Part shown: piece by piece, positions 59,862 to 64,000 of the stretch
Layout: each line of letters starts with the position of its first letter
How positions within the stretch are numbered: position 1 is the stretch's first letter
Origin: Candidatus Coatesbacteria bacterium
GTDB lineage: Bacteria; JAFGND01
NCBI GenBank assembly: GCA_016927185.1
Contig: JAFGND010000023.1
Span: 1 to 64,000 of the forward strand
Direction of reading: 5' to 3'
DNA length: 64,000 nt
The notes under the pieces: generated by a model
What the model was told of the DNA's origin: nothing
What the model saw: the letters and a program-made list of their open reading frames with translations, nothing else
Database searches by the model: none
Translations under genes and position numbers: made by a program

Positions 59862-60636
59862 TATTTTCTTTCTTTTCCAATATTACTTTTTTAAGCTCCC
59901 TGAACTTAAGCATTTCGTTTTCAATATAGGCTATTTGCTGTATCAAATTCAATCCATCAAAACTAACAAATGAGAAATTCTTGATCCAGTCACCAAGTGA
60001 GAAATAATGGCTTGAATTTCCTATCTTTTCATAAACAGGATTATGATAATGACCTAAAAGAAATATTTCATATCCATTTTCAGAAAGATCTTCAAGATTT
60101 TTAAAAAACCTGATCCCCGGTTTTTTTTGTTCTGTGTAAGTCCTTGAAATACCAGAAAATATATATGCACCGTATAAACCTGCATCTGGATGAATGAGGC
60201 TGAAAACAAAAGATATTATCCTTGATCTTAATATTTTCTTCAATATTTGATACCCTATATCATCTGACATAAGTTCATCTCCATGTGAAACATAGATTTT
60301 ATAACCATTCAGACTGATTGCAAGTGGTCCTTTTTCAACCAAGAATCCGCTATTTGTTAAAAAACCATTAATGGCAAAATCATGATTCCCATCTAAAATT
60401 ATTATTTTACAGCCATTTGATTCCATTTCTTTCAAGAGAAAAATCAAGTCTAAACCCTTTTTGGGAACAGCATTCTTGTACTCAAACCAGAAATCGAAGG
60501 TGTCACCAGCTAGATATAACTGAGTTGCATCTTTCTTGATTTTTCTCAAAAACTGTATGATCATCCCTGATCTTAATTCATGATCAACGTTTTTCCATGA
60601 AGCTCCCCAATGAAAGTCTGAAAGAAAATATATCAT
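59845..60636 (-). CDS. lpxH: UDP-2,3-diacylglucosamine hydrolase-like metallophosphoesterase
   Basis: 263 aa; LSDFHWG, AGDTFDFWFEY, DGNHDF, GHYH motifs of LpxH/YbbF. Confidence 0.7.
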   Translation of the reverse strand: MIYFLSDFHWGASWKNVDHELRSGMIIQFLRKIKKDATQLYLAGDTFDFWFEYKNAVPKKGLDLIFLLKEMESNGCKIIILDGNHDFAINGFLTNSGFLVEKGPLAISLNGYKIYVSHGDELMSDDIGYQILKKILRSRIISFVFSLIHPDAGLYGAYIFSGISRTYTEQKKPGIRFFKNLEDLSENGYEIFLLGHYHNPVYEKIGNSSHYFSLGDWIKNFSFVSFDGLNLIQQIAYIENEMLKFRELKKVILEKKENNVQEI

Positions 60637-60969
60637 TTTGTAAATCTGATTTTTAAACTGCTTTTAATACGTCAAGCATAAAGGTAAATTGAATAATTGA
60701 TGGAGCAAATCTATCCAGAAAGCATCATCATCTTTATTGTCTTGCAAGATCAAGAATTTCGTTGGCAGAACAAAACATTAACCAGAAGAAAAGAGGCTAT
60801 AATTTGATAGAAATAAATATAGAATTGTATGCATGATAAAGATATTTTGATGATAGATGAAAGTATTCTAAATCCTTGACAGAAAAGCGCATTTTTTAAA
60901 CCTCATTCTTTAGTTTTTGCATCTTTTTAATGAATAACAATCTGACTTCGTCGGATAAGGAGGTTATTT

Positions 60970-61392
60970 GTGAACAGCTTAATAAAGCATATTGAAGACC
61001 AGTATAAACGAAAATTAGATAAATTCAATATTGGGGATACAGTCAAGGTTGCATATAAAGTAAAAGAAGGGGATAAAGAGAGAATTCAGATATTTCAAGG
61101 GATAGTAATATCTCAATCAGGTGGAGGTATGGGAGAGACCTTTACAGTTAGGAAAATTTCTGCAGGTATAGGTGTTGAACGTATTTTTCCAATCAATAGC
61201 CCCTGGATAGAAAGTGTAAAAGTATCCAGATATGGAAGAGTAAGAAGAGCTAAATTGTTCTTTTTAAGAGAAAGAAAAGGCAAAAAAGCTAAGGTTCCTG
61301 AAGCCAAGAGATTTGAAGTTGAAAGAAAAACAGAGAAAAAGACACGTCGTCGCGGTAAAATCACCCGTGCAAGTGAGGAAGAAAAGAATTAA
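60970..61392 (+). CDS. rplS: 50S ribosomal protein L19 with Lys-rich C-terminal extension
   Basis: 140 aa; GDTVKV...IQIFQGIVI...FTVRKIS core; GTG start with AAGGAGG SD. Confidence 0.9.
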   Translation: MNSLIKHIEDQYKRKLDKFNIGDTVKVAYKVKEGDKERIQIFQGIVISQSGGGMGETFTVRKISAGIGVERIFPINSPWIESVKVSRYGRVRRAKLFFLRERKGKKAKVPEAKRFEVERKTEKKTRRRGKITRASEEEKN

Positions 61393-61999
61393 TGGCTTCT
61401 CTTCAATCGAAAGAGAGCTTTTTGATAATGGATGCATACATATTGCAGGGGTTGACGAAGTAGGAAGAGGATCTATTGCAGGTCCTGTGGTTGCTTCAAT
61501 AGTGATCCTTGATGAAAACTGTAAACTTGATGGAATAGCGGACTCAAAATTACTAACTCTTAACGAAAGACTGAAAGCATATAAAATAATAATGGAAAGC
61601 TCAATTGCTGTTGCTGTCAGTAGTGTAAATTCAGATGTTATTGACAAGATAAACATAAGAAATGCAACTTTACTGGCAATGAAAAAAGCTATTGGAAAAC
61701 TTAGTATAGAACCTGATTTCATAGTATTTGATGGAAGAGACACTGTAAATCTCAGTAAGAATGAAAAAGCTGTAATAAAGGGAGACAGAATTTGCCTGAC
61801 AGTTGCAGCTGCCTCTATAGTTGCAAAAGTAATAAGAGACAATATTTTAATATCTTATGAAAAGAGATACCCAGGTTATGGATTTGCAAAACATAAGGGA
61901 TATGGTACATTACAGCATAAGAAAGCTATTAGCGAAAATGGACTTTGCCCTATTCATAGAATTAGTTTCTGTAGTTTCATTCAGCCAGAATTATGTTAA
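61313..61999 (+). CDS. rnhB: Ribonuclease HII
   Basis: [17 protein letters not shown] catalytic motif; ATG at 61313 overlaps rplS by 80 nt, alternative in-frame GTG starts at 61364/61370. Confidence 0.85.
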   Translation: MKLKEKQRKRHVVAVKSPVQVRKKRINGFSSIERELFDNGCIHIAGVDEVGRGSIAGPVVASIVILDENCKLDGIADSKLLTLNERLKAYKIIMESSIAVAVSSVNSDVIDKINIRNATLLAMKKAIGKLSIEPDFIVFDGRDTVNLSKNEKAVIKGDRICLTVAAASIVAKVIRDNILISYEKRYPGYGFAKHKGYGTLQHKKAISENGLCPIHRISFCSFIQPELC

Positions 62000-64000
62000 A
62001 TGGCTAGAGCAAAAAAGACAAATACAAAGAAAGTAATTAAAACTCCAAAAAGACCAACAGAGAAATCTTCTGGAAAGAGACCTGTTTTAGCAGTATTAAT
62101 AGCCACCTTGGGTTTATTCTTTTTCACTAGTCTTATTTCCCACATAATTTCACCCTTCACTGGTGGTTTTGGCGTAATAACAAGCTTCATTTCAAGGATT
62201 TTCTTTAATGTTTTCGGAATATCGTCATTTCTTTTTGTTTTTATTGCCTTATTCTTTACCAGACATTATTTACAGATATTATCTATGAAAGAGGCAATAT
62301 TGAAATCAATATACGTCACTCTATTAATAGTTATTTTGGGAAGCCTGATTGGCTTATTCTCTGATAAAAATGATTCATTAATGGTTGGATATATAGGTTT
62401 TAATTTAAGCAGTATTTCAAGGGATCTTTTTACATTACCAGGATCTATTATTATTATACTTGGTTTGGGATTGTCTCTGATAATAGCTATAACTGATATA
62501 GAACCTTTGGTTTTCTGGAAAAACATGAAGATTTTCAAGAAAGATGAAGATAATTCTGTTTTGATTGAATCTCAGATAGAACCTGAAAAAAAAGAAGAAA
62601 AAAAACCAGAGAATGATTTTAAAAACCTATATGTTTCTGAAATTGAGGAAGAAAAAAAACAATCTGCTAGTGATAAAAAGGATATTCCTGAAATCAAAAT
62701 AGAGAGTTCGCAAGGTTATAAATCAACTGAACCAGAGTCTGAAATTGAACCTGATTTGAATACTGAGAGTTATTTCCACTTTCCTTCTGATGAAGAGATT
62801 GCACCTTCGGGGCAGACTGATATAAACACGAATCCTATAAAGGAAGCATTCGAAAAGGCAAAGAGGGAAAAATACTCTTTATCAGATCGTCCTATAGAAA
62901 TTTCTGAAGATGACATAACTATTATTGGCTGGGATGAACCAGATAATCTTACGCAAAAGGGACCAAATGAAGAAAACATGAGTTTACCAAAACCTCCAAG
63001 AAAAAAGCAATCAATTGCTAACAAGTATACATTTCCTTCTCTTTCACTATTAAAAGAGCAATCCCCCATTAAATTAAGACCTTCAGAAGATGAATTATCA
63101 GAAATAGCACAAGCAATAAAAGATAAATTAGCTGATTTTGCAATTAGCTGCGAGATAACGGAAATTAAGCCAGGACCTGTTGTAACAAGGTTTGTTGTAA
63201 AACTTGCAGCAGGTGTAAAGGTTTCCAGGATTTTGTCTCTTCAGGATGATCTTGCATTAGCAATGAGAGTTCAATCACTGAGGATTTTGGCTCCAATACC
63301 GGGTCAACCAGCAGTAGGTATTGAAATACCAAATCCCAAACCCGATATAATTTCCATTAAGAATGTGCTAGAAGATCCATCTTACCTGGAAAATCAAGAT
63401 GGATTAACTTTGGCATTGGGGAGGACTTGTAGCGATAAACCTTTTTTTGTTGAGTTGCAGAATATGCCACATCTTCTTATAGCTGGAGCAACTGGTACAG
63501 GTAAATCTGTATGCATAAATTCCTTGATTACAAGCCTTGTTTACAAATTCAGCCCAGAAAAGCTGAGACTGATAATGATTGATCCAAAAGTTCTGGAACT
63601 ATCAATGTATAATGGTATTCCACATCTCCTATGGCAGGTGATTACTCAGCCTAGAGAAGCAGTAAAAATATTACAATGGGCAGTTGATGAAATGGAAAGA
63701 AGATATTTGCTTCTTTCAAAATTGAAGGTAAGAAGTATTATTGGCTTCAATGAGAAGCTTCAGAAATTGATTAGTGAAAATGATGAAATGAAGGATATCA
63801 ATGAAGAAGAATTGAAACCGATTCCGTATATAATTATTATAATAGATGAATATGCAGATCTCAAGATGACAACAGGGAAGGAAGTTGAAATACCAATAAC
63901 AAGACTTGCACAAAAAGCCAGAGCAGTAGGTATTCATATCATTCTAGCCACTCAAAGACCAGAAGTTAAAATAATTGGCGGGTTAATCAAATCGAATTTC
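62000..64000 (+). CDS. ftsK: DNA translocase FtsK/SpoIIIE (N-terminal membrane + linker + start of motor domain; truncated at window end)
   Basis: Manual translation from ATG 62000: MARAKKTNTKK..., 4 TM helices, acidic/Lys-rich linker, then ...LLIAGATGTGKSVCINSLI...IIIDEYADLKM Walker A/B of FtsK; absent from ORF track because no stop in window. Confidence 0.85.
   Translation, partial: MARAKKTNTKKVIKTPKRPTEKSSGKRPVLAVLIATLGLFFFTSLISHIISPFTGGFGVITSFISRIFFNVFGISSFLFVFIALFFTRHYLQILSMKEAILKSIYVTLLIVILGSLIGLFSDKNDSLMVGYIGFNLSSISRDLFTLPGSIIIILGLGLSLIIAITDIEPLVFWKNMKIFKKDEDNSVLIESQIEPEKKEEKKPENDFKNLYVSEIEEEKKQSASDKKDIPEIKIESSQGYKSTEPESEIEPDLNTESYFHFPSDEEIAPSGQTDINTNPIKEAFEKAKREKYSLSDRPIEISEDDITIIGWDEPDNLTQKGPNEENMSLPKPPRKKQSIANKYTFPSLSLLKEQSPIKLRPSEDELSEIAQAIKDKLADFAISCEITEIKPGPVVTRFVVKLAAGVKVSRILSLQDDLALAMRVQSLRILAPIPGQPAVGIEIPNPKPDIISIKNVLEDPSYLENQDGLTLALGRTCSDKPFFVELQNMPHLLIAGATGTGKSVCINSLITSLVYKFSPEKLRLIMIDPKVLELSMYNGIPHLLWQVITQPREAVKILQWAVDEMERRYLLLSKLKVRSIIGFNEKLQKLISENDEMKDINEEELKPIPYIIIIIDEYADLKMTTGKEVEIPITRLAQKARAVGIHIILATQRPEVKIIGGLIKSNF

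Noticed and set aside
62266-63937. Minus-strand ORFs 62266-62538, 62770-63069, 63716-63937 and plus/minus ORFs 61113-61842
   Set aside because: They lie antisense or out of frame within ftsK, rplS and rnhB. The plus-strand frame from 62000 translates continuously into a textbook FtsK, which is absent from the track only because it lacks a stop in the window.
1-64000. CRISPR arrays, IS elements, integrases, tRNA/rRNA genes
   Set aside because: I looked for regularly spaced direct repeats, transposase/integrase-like ORFs and rRNA/tRNA signatures. None was found. The only repeats are short intergenic direct or inverted repeats, reported above.

Overview
This is an AT-rich bacterial chromosomal segment of about 60 densely packed genes. 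I found no tRNA or rRNA genes, no CRISPR array and no transposase or integrase.

Recognisable housekeeping and metabolism genes include:
- adenine deaminase (ade)
- pyrD and pyrG
- rnpA, yidD and yidC
- urocanase (hutU)
- citrate lyase citDEF
- a four-subunit 2-oxoacid:ferredoxin oxidoreductase (porGDAB)
- ruvB, fmt, der, an lpxH-like gene, rplS, rnhB and the 5' part of ftsK

Four accessory regions look most interesting:
1. A compact minus-strand operon at 50641-52994 encoding a JAB/JAMM peptidase, an E1-like activating enzyme, a small beta-grasp ubiquitin-like protein and an E2-like protein. This is a bacterial ubiquitin-like conjugation (Bil/6E-type) module. Immediately beside it is an orphan EutN/CcmL-type microcompartment vertex protein.
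2. A long minus-strand operon at 36402-44268 in which sulfate activation genes (sat, cysC) alternate with two cytoplasmic alkaline-phosphatase-fold enzymes. It continues into tandem membrane-anchored paralogs, a lipoprotein, a TPR protein and a LolA-like carrier. It is a candidate novel sulfo-transfer or envelope sulfation system. A third, TAT-secreted paralog of the AP-fold enzyme sits at 3782-5770.
3. Twin B12-binding radical SAM enzymes in an operon with a secreted protein and an outer-membrane protein.
4. A lone MglA-like small GTPase.

I also noted several structured intergenic elements, including a shared TTGACAA/TTGTCAA inverted-repeat motif.
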